From positions 125,488,001-125,552,000 of the forward strand of contig OZ024745.1 in NCBI GenBank assembly GCA_964016885.1: a DNA stretch of 64,000 bases, read 5' to 3'. Positions 13,755-28,338 of the stretch are shown one piece after another (position 1 is the first letter of the stretch; each line of letters begins with the position of its first letter). The notes beneath the pieces were generated by a model. That model was given only the letters and a program-made list of their open reading frames with translations, did no database searches and was not told where the DNA came from. Source of the DNA: Eledone cirrhosa. Its lineage: Eukaryota. The position numbers and the translations under genes were made by a program.

Positions 13755-16700
13755 ATCGACATCTTTATTTTCTATCTGCTGAGCTAAAACATAACTTCAA
13801 ACTAGACATCTATCTCTTACTTCTTTTCATCAAGTACATCTATCATTTTGCTATACTTTCTAGCTTGCTAGTTTCATTGAAAATGTCTTTAGGTCAAACT
13901 TGCTGATAGTCTTGTAGTGCTGTTGGAGTTTTCTTGTAAGTTCATTATAAACATAGTTCATTTTTATTCATTCAACCTGCATATAAAACACATGACCTTA
14001 GCAGTAAAGCATCTACACTTTTTGGATGGTGTATCTGCAGGTAATGCTGACATTCTGAAAGACTGGATTATTGTATTTATGCTTTTTCTATAATATTTCT
14101 ATATGGTCAGAATAACACGTGAAAAATTTGATCGATATTTTTTTATCTGAAAAAGACTACCACTGCAAACAAGACTAAGGACTTCCTGACAGGAACTGAA
14201 TCCATGGAAAATAACTTCCTATGTTTTCTGTCCATTCTTGTTCAGTTTGCAACATTGCATTTGGTCAGCATTGAAAATTGTATAAATATCCTTAAGAATG
14301 AAAAATGAGTGGGTATTTGATAAAAGTGTGAGATATTTAGAAAATGTGTTTTCTTTTTACTTCAGGAAATGAAAATGATAATAGTTCTCATAAGACTGAC
14401 CAAGCCTTCATATGCTTTTACTTCTTTACATTAAAACCAAGACCATACATTCTGTGGTAGTTTCCCTTAAAACCTCTTGACATTTCTAGATAAGGATACC
14501 TTTGTCCTGTATTAGGGTTATATAAAGTTATTATTCATAGTCACTATTATCATCATTATACTTTTATGTAAAATGTCCATGTTGGCATGCATTGGATAGG
14601 TTGTCACAGTTCAATACAAGACTGGTTGAATACCATGCCTTCTTCATACATTGCATATTTTGGCATGGTTTCTATGGTTGGATGCTCGTCCATATGCCGA
14701 CCACTTTAACTGCATTTGAAATGTTATCACATGCTTGGCAAGATTGAAAGATACTTGCTAACTTGCATTATCTCTATTCAATCACCAACCACTTTACAGA
14801 GTAGAAATAATAATACAACATACTAAAATTTGTCTTCAATTTAAATCCACATCCCTCTCACCACTACATTCCCACTCTCCCTATTCACTAATCAGCCACC
14901 CTGCCCTTTACTCATTGCTCTGCCAAATCCCCATATACATCTATAACTTTATACCTATCTCTCTCCCCTATTCCCCCCCCCCCTCCCATGAGCAGAGAGT
15001 GCTCTACAGTTGGGTCTATGATCAACAACCTCTCTAGTGATGGTGCCACAAAAATGCACCTCTTACACTTTGTAAGGGTGTTTGGTGACAGGAAGGGCTG
15101 TAGAAACCATGCCTAAAATGGTTGAGAGGACCCTTTAGTTGTGTTAAGAACATGACAACCTCCCTACTGCTGGTAATGTACACAATAAAAGCACCCAGTA
15201 CATGCAGTAAAGTGGTTGGTATTAAGAAAATCATCCAGCTGTAGAAAGCTTGCTAAACAAGGGCTTGGGAGGACATTTCAGTTTGTGTCAAAAGATATGA
15301 CAACTTCTCATCTGAACTCAATATAAACATACGCAAGTGAGATATAGACCCCTTGTTCCTGTCTGGGAGGTCAGTAGTACTGCTTCAGTTCTTACTTAGT
15401 CTATGTAGATCCGTTCAACTCTTACCATCAGTGAAAGTGGACATTAAATGAGGATGATAATGATGATGGTGATGATATGTCAACATCCATTATTTACTTA
15501 GCATTGACATCCTCATAAAGATAACACATCAGTCATCTTCAATTTACCAAGTTAATAAACCCATCACCTTAGGTCACAGAACCCACCAGTTTCCAAACAA
15601 TTAGGGTGATGTCTAGTTTGATTCCTATTTATTTCAAATGTATTTTCAGTTTCCTATTATGCAGAAAGCAGTTAATATACATTTACATAAATTCTCAATT
15701 TTGAATATACAATTTTCTTCTTCACCCTCTCTCACTCACTTTCTCTTGCTTTTTCTCTCTCTTTCTCTCTCCCTCGTATGCACTCACACACTCTCACAGA
15801 CTGATATATCTGAGATACATTCATTCATTTATGACTATCTGCCTAAATCATATTGCAGAATCTTCAAAGCAATTCTTGTATGAAGTCACTCATTTCTTAT
15901 AATTCTTTAAGTTATTTACTAGTGGAAAGGTAATAATATTCTTAAGCTAGGTGTTAAAAGTGGATAAGGAGAGCTTTGGCATTTTCAGAAGCCGTCATCA
16001 GAATGGAGGAATAAATTCTCTATGACAGGAAATATAATTTAAAGAAGAATGTGGAATATTGACAAATTCATTCTGGTTAAAGGCATAATGTAGAAACAAT
16101 TTTATAGAATTCAGGTGTGCTTCATTTTCAATGTGTGAATTGGAGAGATTATTGTTTTCACATCTGAATCATGTTTACATCTATCAACCTACTCACACTT
16201 ATGGAAGTAAATCTATTCCAAATGCCACCACCATAAAGGAAAATTAAGGGTCTTTCCACCTCATGGTCCCAGCTGTCATGGTCCCAGCTTGTCTGGAAAC
16301 AAGAATATCGGAATTTGCCACTAACATAGGCTCAACCACAAATCTATCAGAGAAGCCAAAACATTGACAGTTTCCCCTCTTCAACCTGGCTGGTAGCAAA
16401 ACCTGGCTGGTAGCCCAATGCACCAGATTTCCACTAGAGAGCGTGTCACATGAGGTATCTCAGATGACGGCCTTATCCCAGCAGAAATAAAATAGCAATG
16501 ATTAAAGATAATCATATGCATATCATAAATTGATGTATAATATTTTTCTTCCTTCAAATAATGAATTTGTGTGTTAATTTGAAAACAAATTATAAAAATG
16601 ATTTTTTGTACAATTACCATTTTGATTAAATTTTGAATTTAAATACTTCAAAAATATACTAATGAGTTACTTTCTCAGAAACTATCATTTTTATATCATC

Positions 16701-16854
16701 ATTGTGTTAAATAATTAAAACAAAAAACATGACTATGTTGATGGTTCATTTACATAATCCTGTCAGATAAACATCACCAGATCATAGACAAAGTGCTTGA
16801 ACAGTAAAAAAGAATAAACGGAGTGCAAAAACAAAATTTTAATTACTATTTTAT

Positions 16855-17500
16855 TATTATTATTTGCAGCCAAGGAACAGGCACTGAGAACTAACTATAT
16901 CATATTCAATATTGACAAGTTAGTGAACTCCCCACTTTGTAGGTTGTGTAATGAAAAAGGTGAAACAATAAACTACATTATTAGTGAATGTAAGATGCTT
17001 TCACAGAAAGAGTACAAGAGAAGGCATGATAACATTTTCAGATTGGTTCTCTTGAAGCACTGTTATATGACATGAGCAGAAGTGAGAAATGCTGTGAGCA
17101 CCAACCAAAAAGGGTTGCTGAAAATGAACAATATAAGAAATTGTGGGACATGCCCATTTATTGTGACTAGAAAACTTGAAGTTGTTGTTGTAGAAAAGAA
17201 GAATAACAAAGCAAGTATTGTGGATATTGTTTTTCTGTGGAACCACAGGGTGAATGAGAAGGAATGTAAGAATGTTGCGAAATACCTAAAGCTGAAGAGG
17301 GAAATCAGGAAACTATGGAGAATCAGACATGTCAGGTAGAAGTGGTACTGATTGTGGTTGGTGCACTGGGAGCAGTTAGTAAAAGGTTGGATGTATGACT
17401 TGAGAAGCTAGGAATTACCATCAGGACGAGATTGTTGCAGAAAACAGCCTTGCTAGGAACAGTAAAGATTCTAAGGAGCGTGTTAGAAAATTGAAGAAGA
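16855..17500 (+). mobile_element. R4/Dong-like non-LTR retrotransposon 3' remnant (CCHC plus restriction-like endonuclease)
   Basis: LFAAKEQALRTNY...CRLCNEKGETINYIISECKMLSQKEYKRRHD...SIVDI...KYLKLKREIRKLW..IVVGALG. Confidence 0.85.
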
Positions 17501-17974
17501 AGGAATGATCCAAAACCTTTTGATAAAATATGGCACAGGGGACTACTTCACAAACTCACAAGCTATGATATCTCTGGGAAGGCTCAAGCTGCAATTATAC
17601 CTTCTCTCTTGTCAGCTGCTCTTTGAATCAATGCTGGCATGCCATAGGGGTCTCTTAGCACAAAGTCCCCAACTTTCCCTCGGTTCATATGAATAGGGCA
17701 TCATCGAAAGAAGTTGCCTGCTTTGAAAGACTTTTGATCCTAAAATTCTCTCCTAAAATTGGAATTCCTTTATTCAATCAGTTGCCAAAGCTTCTGGAAA
17801 GATGATGGGTCCTATAAATATCGGTCTCCATCTGCAAGAGTCAGATTAGACATAAAATGCAATACTGTTGCCACATCTGAGTAGTGCTCCCCAGAGCTCC
17901 CTATCCTGTCTAGATGGAGTTCAGAGTTGCTTGTGTAACATTGTTGGAGATGAGCTTGCACAGAGGGAGTATAA

Positions 17975-18520
17975 AAGGTGTTATGGTAAAAGTGTGCTTA
18001 CACCTCTATTGGTCTTTATGCAAGAAATCATATGAATCCAATCCAAAGAAGAACCTAGAAAATCAGACTGTGAAAACGTTGTGGGACTTTATAATTAGAC
18101 AGATAGAGTTCTTGAAAATACAAGGCTAGACATAATTTTGGGGGAGAAAGGTACTTAAAGGTGGTGTTTGTTGATCAATGTAGCTTGCCCAGCAGATCAT
18201 TACATCAATGGTAAAGAAACAAGAAAATCATAAAATATGAAAACTTGAGAAGTGATGTCAAGCGAATGTGGAATATGAAAGCAAGAGTGATAGCAATAGT
18301 GATTGGTGCATTTGGGTCAGTGACAGAAAACCTCCAGGAAAACCTTGTAGAATCAGACCCAGTATTATGACATTCCAGAAAACAATAGTTTTGGGAACAG
18401 CAAATATCCTGTGGAAATTGCTGTCTATCTGAGTTTACATAACTTTATATGCAGTCAATTAAATGATCCAGCATTAAAAAGATCATTACTGTGCAATTGA
18501 ATGTGAATAATAATAATAAT
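17975..18520 (+). mobile_element. R4/Dong-like 3' remnant with (TAA)n tail
   Basis: HLYWSLCK...LENQTVKTLWDF...KYENLRSDVKRMWNMKARVIAIVIGAFG. Confidence 0.75.
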
Positions 18521-20959
18521 AATTGTTTCTAATTTTGGCACAAGGCCAGCAATTACCCCAGTGCATTACTGGTACTTTATTTTATTGATCCCATGAGGAT
18601 GAAAGGCAGAGTTAACCTCATCGGGATTTGAACTCAGATCATAAAGGGCCATGACTCTATGCTACAAAGCATGACGACCAACCCTCTACCAATGCTGTCA
18701 ATCCTCAATAATAATTGTTTCTGCTTTTGGTACAAGGCCAGCAATTACCCCATGCATTACTGGTGCTTTATTTTATCGACCCCGTAAGGATGAAAGGCAA
18801 TGTAAACCTCGACGAGATTTGAACACCGCTCGTGAAGGGCAGTAACTCTATGTTGCAAAGCATGGCATCCGACTGTCTACCGATACTGCCAATCCACCAT
18901 CCTTCTACAATAATAATGAGAATTGATAATAAACAACCAGTAACTTGACAAAAACCTGTAAAAATGCACCTAACAAAACAAAATAATAGAATATAAGCAG
19001 CAACCAACCAATAGAATTAATTTGTGAACAGAACAAGCCCACAATGACAGATACAAAAAAATAGGCATAGGAGCAATATCACTTCTTATCTGACATTGGC
19101 ATGAAACTAGAAGAAAATTAATTTGAAATAGAATGTACTACTACAACAAGCATTGAGTGCCCATGTCCTTACACGTTCACAAAAAGTACATTTGAACAAA
19201 CAATGTGTGTGTGTATGTGTGTGTGTATGTGTGTCTGTGTGTGTATGTGTGTCTGTGTGTCTCTGTGTGTGTGTATATTTGTGCGTATGTGTTCAGCATT
19301 CCTATATACTTTATACATTATTGCAATAAAAATTACTGCCTCAAAAAGTCATTACAAGATTAGGTTCAATGAAACCTTGAAAGTTATTTGCAATTAAGCT
19401 TGGAGTTTGGTTTTTAATTAAAATCTGCTGAGTTTTGCTTTATCTGGTGAAAAGAATATGAAAGGTAAACTAAAATGTGTGTCAAAAGCAAAGAGAGAAA
19501 GACAGCGAGTGTGGTGATAGATATGAAATATATAAACGAGAATTATATGAAGTGATTTGAGCTATTCCAATAACATCATGTGAATTGTTAATTTACAAAG
19601 ATGACTGCTAAAAAAGACCCAGAATACTTGAGATTTATATTGATTGCCAATTCTTCTGCTTCTGTTTCTCATTCTCTTCATATTTGGATTATATGAAAAG
19701 AAATGGTGGGTAGTTTAAATACTACTTCCTTAAACCTTTTAGAGAGGAGAAATGTAATATTATATGATCTTTGTCGCCATTTTTTATATTAACAACATCA
19801 TGCCGTTAACAACTTTCTGAAATGATTATGATGATGATGATGAAATAAAATACAGAATGTTTGCCTTTTCAATGATATAGATGTGTCTTCATATTTAAAC
19901 ATCAACATCTTTGCCAGAAGTAGGTGAAGTCACAGTTTCTAACCTAAATGGAAGGATGTGATGGTTTAAAAATAAGAAATAAGATCTAAAACGATAAGAC
20001 TGAAGCATGTGCCAGATAAACACTGTTGTGTTGCAATAGAAAAAGGGCAAGAAAAAGTAATGAATTTTCTGTGATTAGATCAATAGATGGGTATAGTCTC
20101 TTGCATGTTTTGGGTTTGACACGAAAGATGTAGTAAAATGAATTAAAAATAGGATTTATAATTAACTAACTAAAGACAACAACATTGCTATGGAAATTCA
20201 GTGCAATGTAGACTGTGTGATAGGTAAAAAGCTGAAGTTAACTTAGGGTAGGAGAGTATTATAGATAAAAGAAAACTGATGAAGACTAAAACACAAATAG
20301 TGATGGTGCACTTTCTTGACCATGAATATATAGTCTTTTACTGAAGAAATTGTGATAGTTCTTCCTGGTTGGTTCACTTAACTCTTTTTCTCTTGTAGTT
20401 TTTGATATCTCTAATACTACAATACTGCAATACTACATACAGCACCCACACTAAAACATTTTTCCCATCCTTTTTCCTTCACATAATTATCTCTCTCTGG
20501 ATCTCTATTCCTGCCCATGTTTTCCCTAAAGTATTCACCTCTGCAAGCTCAAGTTGAACATCAATGGCATTTATTTGAATTGTTTAAAGGTAAATACATG
20601 GAACTATTGATGCTGTCTCTTTTCTCAGACAAACTAATAAATCAAGAATTAAACATTGAAGTAAGAGAGCTAAAAAAATGCTCAAAACAAGGAACTGCTG
20701 TTTAAACCCGTCTAAATCAAACTATGATGGAAAAGAGTACATTAAAATTATCATGTACAAATCCTCTGTTTCTGTCTACCAAATTCCATTGACAAGGTAT
20801 TAGTTAACCCAAGGCTATGGTAGAAGACACACCATGTGATATATAATGGATAAAGTCAGGAACCATGTTGTTGCAAAACACACTTGTTAATCACATACCC
20901 ATGCTCATATGTATATAGGGTGGTATTAAAGTAAAAAAAGTTGACTTACTAATAGACAT

Positions 20960-21290
20960 ATATGTCTCGAAGGCCACAGTCAGTGACTCTTTTGCTCTCT
21001 CCTATATCCTTGATGCTGAAGTAAATGTGGAAATCATTGCTTCCAGGGCCGAATGGAACAAAATTCTAAAGTACTAGAACTTATCAGTAAACCAGTTCTT
21101 CCAGCCTGTGACTTTCAAGATGATTTGGGGAGCTGGGCCACTGACAGCGAAGTTCTTATCAATAGCAGCTCACTTTACTAAGATATCAGGTGATGCCCTC
21201 GAAGGTGTTTGGTTGTTTCAGTGCCTTAGCCTTGTCATCACTCGCAGTAATGCTGTGAGCTTGTTGGTTCGCATCAAAAAGTTCTGATGA
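20960..21290 (+). mobile_element. Older CRE-like endonuclease remnant
   Basis: ATVSDSFALSY...RAEWNKILKY*NL...FQPV...WLFQCLSLVITRSNA, the same motif order as the 51.5 kb element. Confidence 0.65.
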
Positions 21291-22594
21291 CTTTTGGGGC
21301 GTGTGATCGATTGATGCACTTAATATTTAATTGATGTTTTTCTTTTTTTCGCTTTTATTATATATTTTGGGGTAATTTTATAAGGTTTCTAGCAATAATC
21401 AATTGATTATAGGTATGTATTTCTCTCTGATATAAATATAATAGATTTACAGATATGATGGTATATAAAGTTGTGTATCTCTAAATATTATATATACACA
21501 TCAGACATATGTATAGTAAACAAGACAGACATCAAATAATCCAAATTTCATGGATTTTAATCATTAATATACATTCTTTTACATGTGACAAACATGAATA
21601 TGACTACTGTGAGAAAGGAGAATATTTTAACAAAATATAGTTCTACATGAGAAATATTTCGCCTGTGGTGGATATAAAAATAATGTATCTTTATGGGAAT
21701 ACTTATAATAATGCATCAAAGATAACAGGGAAGGAAGTAGTTTATATAGGTATAATATAATATATATAGACATATATGTATATAGAGATTATTAATATAA
21801 TTTATATATATAGAGAGATTATTAATATAATTTGCATATAGACACACACCCACACACACACACCTACACACACACACACACATATATATAATCAATATTT
21901 TACGTTTATTTTCCATGCTTGCATGGGCTAGATGGGTTGTTATGCTCTGAGCTAGAAAGGCAATTCAGATGACTGTATCTTGCTCATACATTCAATTTAA
22001 CCTTGGTTTCTATGGCTAGATTCCTTTCCTAATGGCAAATACTACACGGAATGTACCAGGTTTCATTTATTATGGTATCAACATGTCAGGGTGGACTGGG
22101 TACTTTTTTCATGGTACCATCATTATCACTTTACATAGTCCATTGGGAGCATTTTGCCATGGCATCAGCACTTCTGTCTTCCCGTGTGTGCTGAGCATTC
22201 TGTGTTAACCACATTTTCTTGTGGTATGAGTACTACCACATTCCATCCCTTGCATCCTAATTTGAGCTGAGATGATAGTTATAGGTAGTGGGAGGGAGGT
22301 TTGGGTAACCTGATATTGGAATGGGGGGGGGGCGGTTAACATGAGATTAAGTCTGCAGTATTATTAGGGAGATGAACCCAGCTATCCATGTTGAGGTGGT
22401 TGCACAAACCTTCCCATCCGACATGCCAATATGGAAAAGCAAATGTAAAAATGATGATGATGATGATTATGATGATGCTTGTTTATGTATAGAGACAGAA
22501 GGAAAAGGATGGAGTGAGAGATTATACATTTATATTCAGACAATTGAGATGTAAAATAGTAATTATGATGGTGATAAATAGTTGTTACACTTAC

Positions 22595-22783
22595 TATTGA
22601 CCAACTTGCAGTGATCCATTCTTTACAAGGAGTATAGCAAGCCTTTAGCTCAGGTGGCTTAGTCAAAACATTGCATTTATAACTCGGTACAATTGGTGAG
22701 TGGCGTGATCGTTTATCAACACAGTACACAACTCTGCTTCTGTTGCTGTGGCCACATTTTTGTTGTGGGTGCAGAAAGTCACA
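22595..22783 (-). CDS. ADAMTS7/12: ADAMTS7/12-like exon: divergent TSP1 repeat after the mucin domain
   Basis: tttcag| acceptor and |gtaagt donor; 189 nt, phase 0 to 0. CDFLHPQQKCGHSNRSRVVYCVDKRSRHSPIVPSYKCNVLTKPPELKACYTPCKEWITASWSI has six Cys and the WxxxxW start of the next TSR. Confidence 0.9.
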
Positions 22784-23111
22784 CTGAAATTTAAATAAAA
22801 TACAATTATTTTCTTTTTAAAATACATTTCGATTTTTCTAGAAACAATATTTACATCCACATTAATATTTACATGTTTTGCCAATTAGTTTGGATTTTTG
22901 ACTAATTTGGAAAATACAGTGTAGTTTATGTTTTGCAGAAAAAGTCTAATAAAACCGAAACATGTCCAGTGTTGTCTAACCTTAATTTCCTGAAATTATT
23001 AATTAGAATATTAGTCAATGAGTGACATTGTCTTCTCCTCAGTGCATAATAATTCATAATTAACTTTTTAATGGTCCATGCATTCTAGTCCTGTAGAAGC
23101 CATTTCTATAT

Positions 23112-23161
<50 letters not shown>

Positions 23162-23249
23162 ATAATATATATATATATATATATTATTAGAGAGAAGAAC
23201 CCAGTTGTACAGGACTAGAACTGTTTCATTCGGGAGAAATCATCAGGAA

Positions 23250-23298
23250 GCTTCCTGATGATTTCTCCCGAATGAAGCAGTTCTAGTCCTGTAGAAGC
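23250..23298 (+). ncRNA. Type I hammerhead ribozyme (family D) with A15.1 changed to G
   Basis: GCTTC CTGATGA tTTC tccc GAAt GAAg CAG ttctagtc CTG TA GAAGC. The mirror arm keeps GAAA but has lost the 3' strand of stem I. Confidence 0.7.
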
Positions 23299-23309
23299 CA
23301 TTTCTAAAT

Positions 23310-23343
<34 letters not shown>

Positions 23344-23796
23344 ATAATATATATATATATTTAATTATATATATATATATATATATTATTAGAGAGAAGA
23401 ACCCAGTTGTACAGGACTAGAACTGTTTGATGATGATGATGATATATATATATATATGTATATTATTAGAGAGAAGAACCAAGTTGTACTCAAATATTTA
23501 AGATACATTTTAAGTATAATTTGGTTCATCTCTCTATTAATAAATTTTGAGTACTGCAGCCCGTAGACTAACTGTCTACAATAGAATTCCCAACAGCTGG
23601 GAAAATCTTCAACCGATTTTGAATTACTGCTATATCAAAGAAACTGGATAGCATCAAGCTTCAATCATCTATATTGGAAAACCCCAGTGACACCATAAAC
23701 ATATATAGATATATATGTTTATAAAAGGCACCAAAGAATCAATACATTTTAAAACTAACACAAGTTTCAGCCACTAAAGCTTCATCCTGAGGTTGT

Positions 23797-23875
<79 letters not shown>

Positions 23876-23902
23876 AAATTAGAAATTGTGTATATATATA
23901 TA

Positions 23903-24802
23903 TGCTCTGAAAGTACAGTAGCTAGAGTCAGAACTGGATGTAAAAAGTTCAGAGAGCTTATACCACTATTAGCCGCAAAAGGGTTCTCTCTAAAAATGAA
24001 AGGCAGGCTGTATGGTGCCTGCATACGAACAGCAATGTTACATGGCAGTGAGACCTGGGCATTGTGTGCAGAGGATATATGCAGACTGGAGAGGAACAAA
24101 GCTTGCATGCTCCGCTGGATGTGTAATAGTAATATACGTGAATGGCAAAGCATAAACGAACTAAGGGAAAAATTAGAAATAAGAGAGATCAGATGTTGTT
24201 TACTCGAGAGAAGACTATGTTGGTATGGTCACATGATACGCATGAAAGACGACAGCTGTATAAAAAAGTACAGGGCAATAAAAATAGACGGTAGCCACGG
24301 AGTAGGCAGACCCAGAAAAACCTGGGACGACTTCATAAATTCCGACCTCACACACTTACACCTCTCCAAGACAATGTCACTGGACCGAGATCTTTGGCGC
24401 TACACAGTAATACAGAAGACCCGCCTTACCTAAGTACAAAGTGAAACCTACTACAGTCAGTAGGCACCTCTAACAAAAATACACCCCCGTCCCACTACCC
24501 CCACTCCATTCACACCACCCCTTTCAATGTAAAGTTATGTTGGTACCACAACATCCAGTCCGAAACAAATTAGGTCGTGTAGGTGTCACGACAAAAAAAC
24601 ACAGTCCACGCTGTAATGTGGCCGTGTAGGTAACACGGTAAAAACCTCCCAGTCCACACTGTAAACGTGGTTGGTGTTAGGAAGGGCATCCAGCCATAGA
24701 AAACCCGCCAGACAATCCTCTGCGAGCAAGACAACCACTCTTGCCTCAAGTGGGAAAACTCCCGTCCAAACCCATGCAAGCATGAAAGATGGACGTTAAA
24801 CA

Positions 24803-24834
<32 letters not shown>
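23903..24834 (+). mobile_element. RTE LINE 3' fragment with target-site duplication
   Basis: CSESTVARVRTGCKKFREL...HGSETW...RRLCWYGHMIR; (GAT)n tail; ATACAAAATTAGAAATTGTGT on both flanks. Confidence 0.92.
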
Positions 24835-26907
24835 ATACAAAATTAGAAATTGTGTGTGTATATATATATATATACAAAATTAGAAATTGTGTATATATAC
24901 ATGAATAATTTTTCAACACAAATGCATGCTACCTACCAAATATTGTATGTTTTTTTTCCTGTGCCAGTTGGAGTTTCAAACCTTATATAACATACATTTA
25001 TGTGTATGTGTATATATGTATGTCTGTGAGTGTGTATTCTTATTAACTCACTTGTAAATATTTTTGTTTTTTAAACACAAAGTAATGCTTTATATCATTT
25101 TTATATTTATATTTTCCCTTGCAATGTTATATCATCTGGTATTCCTCTTTAGTTACACCAAGCATTCTTAACTCTAATGTTCATTGATTCAAACAACAGA
25201 ATTAGGTTGATGGTTTAATGTTTTCTATATTCATAACAACTGAATCACTGATGAAAAATGTTATAGGAAAAATGCAGAGTGCAATACCGTGTAAGATATG
25301 AGCAGATGATACACTGCCACACATGACCAAATGAATCAAGAAAACAGCTTATCATAGACCAACATGCAGAAAGCAAGAAGACTGTATTATTTTTGGCAGT
25401 ATCGGCAGAGGGTCGGACGCCATGCTTTGACACATAGAGTTACGGCCCTTGCCATTCTGAGTTCAAATCCCGCCGAGGTTAACTTTGGCTTTCATCCTTA
25501 TGGGGTTGATAAAATAAAGTACCAGTAATGCACTGGGTAATTGCTGGCCTTGTGTCAAAAAGTAGAAACAATTATTTTATTTGTCTGCTATATTTACATA
25601 TTATGAAATAATTGTTAGTTATGTATTCAACAAATTTTAAAAATACATTTTGCAAGAATGTAAACACTGCCCATTCATTAATTGGAGAAAGTGTGTCATT
25701 TTTTCATAAATTGAATTATCAAATAGACTATTACAATTTTACTGGTTTCAGCTATGGAAATAATCCCATGCTGGAGCACCACTTTCAAAGGTTTTATTCA
25801 ATTGTCTTAACTGTAGTACTTGTAGGCAGATATTTATTTTATTGATCTCAGAAAGAGTAAAAGATAATAAAAGAGATCTGTTCTGGGTGGAATTTGAACT
25901 GAGAACAAAGCTAACTCAAGTGTTGGCTTTGCCTCAATCTACCTATATATACTATCCCATTGTTGAACATCATAAATATATTTCAAACTTATTTCCATTT
26001 ACCTATATACTAAATAGCTCAGTATTGGCAGTCATTAGTATGTCAGATAGAGTGCTTTGCAGTATTCATTCCAACTTTCTGCAGCCTGCGTTCAAATCTC
26101 ACTGAGATCAACTTAGTTTTTCATACTTTTGAGGTCAACAAGAAAAGTATCAGTCTAGTACTGGGGGCGATTTTTCCTCTATTTCTTTTTCTCATTTCCT
26201 GTCCCTCGTTCTCTTTCCTTACTCTGGAATAAATCAGATGTATTCAGACTTGGAAAAGGGGCGGCCTCCACCAGTTTCTAAATGTCAAAGCAACATCATA
26301 GTCATAACGGTGTCCCACTGATTCTGTTAGGAGCTATGAGACCATTTATATACTAAATTCAGTATTGACTGAAGTTAAAATAAATGTGTCTAGATTATTT
26401 TAAACTAGTGAATTAATCTATTTGGTAATTTAATACAATATTTAATTTGTTTGTGCAAATCATAACTATAATAAAGGGAGGAGTGCGGGATTATGTCCCG
26501 AATATATTTTTTTTATCCTGTTAGTAAAATAAGTTGGATTACTTTGAATAAATAATTGTTTCTACTTTTGGCACAAGGCCAGCAATTACTCAGTACATTA
26601 CTGGTACTTTATTTTATCGACCCCATAAGGATAAAAGGCAAAGTTAACCTCGGCGGGATTTGAACTCAGAATGGCAATGAATGAATATTACATAATTTAT
26701 CTACTAAATTCCGTAGCTGTTGATTAAAAATAGATATATAATGATTGTTTATTTTAAGCTTCACTTGTTTTAAAATTTTCAAGTGGCTACACTTCCAGTT
26801 AGCATCTGTTATATCATAACACTTATTACATTGCTTATATAAACATCCATATATTTGCATCATTATATAAGGTTTTATTACATTTCACCATAATGCAGTT
26901 TATATAT

Positions 26908-27095
26908 AATTGTTTTTACTTTAGGCACAAGGCCAGCAATTACCCAGTGCATTACTGGTACTTTATTTTATCGACCCAGTAAGGATGAAAGGCAAAGTCA
27001 ACCTCGGCGGGATTTGAACTCAGATCGTAAAGGGACGTAACTATGCTGGAAAGCATAGCATCCGACCCTCTACCGATACTGCCAATCCACCGCCC
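26908..27095 (-). mobile_element. tRNA-derived SINE with Meta-like central domain (representative full copy)
   Basis: A-box TGGCAGTATCGG, B-box GAGTTCAAATCC, CTTTCATCCTT..GGGTCGATAAAATAAAGTACC. Other copies at about 2878-3088, 3100-3294, 6281-6391, 18520-18704, 18712-18902, 26553-26673, 39760-39945, 42765-42946, 44368-44508, 48297-48425 and 54703-54800 on minus, and 25392-25575, 28373-28560 and 39030-39208 on plus. Confidence 0.88.
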
Positions 27096-28122
27096 TATTA
27101 TATATAATATCGTCTTTTTTAAATGTATCATGGATTACTTTACTGTTTACAGAAGTCAGTGTAACACAGTCTCTCTTCAATTTCTGTGGATGTTGTCAAT
27201 TACGATTTTATTTGACGTATAACTACATGTATATTTGCATATAATATCAATATGCACACTACACATGCTAGCAGAAGACTACCCAAATGGTGATTTTCTG
27301 CTAGTACATATAATTAACGTGATCTACTATGATTCATTTTAACTTTAAAATACTGAATAAATATCAGTATAAATGTTATTTGAAATAAAATACTTCAGCT
27401 CTAACTATTGTTAGCTCTAGCTCTTATACAAAGTGGTAATTACATGTTTTCTGAAAATAGTCTGCTATTTACATTCAGTGTATCTGATATGAATCCAATA
27501 ATTTGTTTTATGCTTTTTAAACATAAACACATACATTGAAACCTCAAAAGAAAATCATAGAGGTATGAAAATAAATGATTTTGAAAATATCAGATTGCAT
27601 GTAATAAATTCTACAAATGAACTAAAGTATGTGTTGGTATCTTTGATGATCTGCAAACAGTATAAAAAGAAAGTTGGTGTGACATGGATATGTTTTAAGA
27701 GCAAACAGGTTAACCAAAAACATCATGCATAGCATGAAAAACATGCAGTTTGGTTTGGAAATCTACTGTGAAGCTATTTTAACCTTAGTAATTGGCTATA
27801 CGAACTACATGTTTGTGTATAATTTTATAGGAGATGAGAATGATCAATTTATTAGCTGATATCTAAATTAAAATGTTGTAACAATTAAGTTGCATAGTGC
27901 AGCATGCATTAAAAATAATTACATAAATTATTAGAGCATATGATTTTACAGCTAAATGCATTTTCTAATAATCAATTAGTAAATAATCAATTAAGATTTT
28001 AAATGTACTCAACTTTCAAATAAATTGACTGAAATGAGCAGTTTAAAATACACACCACATTATCTTCTTTGACGGAGATTAAAGTAGTATATATTGTACA
28101 AAGAGTAGATCTCTTATAAAAC

Positions 28123-28338
28123 TGTTATAATGATGTGACACACCTGTTTAGTATATCTGTACAAACTGGGGTAAAACCAAAGCATTCGCCAAGTGAAATT
28201 CCGAACTACCAACAAGAGACTACAATAAGAGACGACGTGGACACAGTCCAATTGACAGTTCACTTCAGTTATTATATATAAACATTTTGCCTAGTCCACT
28301 TTTAGTTACGTGTGTTATGGTTTTTTTTTCCTACAACA
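28123..28338. mobile_element. Probable solo LTR (216 bp)
   Basis: TGTTAT...ACAACA termini flanked by an exact 5-bp AAAAC duplication. Confidence 0.55.

Noticed and set aside
14150-14290. Possible additional Cys-containing exon
   Set aside because: Stops in all three minus-strand frames; the flanking exons already join in frame (WSI|CSATC).
23083-23480. CRISPR-like alternation of repeats and spacers
   Set aside because: The spacers are (TA)n, the context is a eukaryotic intron and there are no cas genes.
26990-27095. tRNA gene
   Set aside because: The A and B boxes belong to a multicopy SINE head; no cloverleaf.
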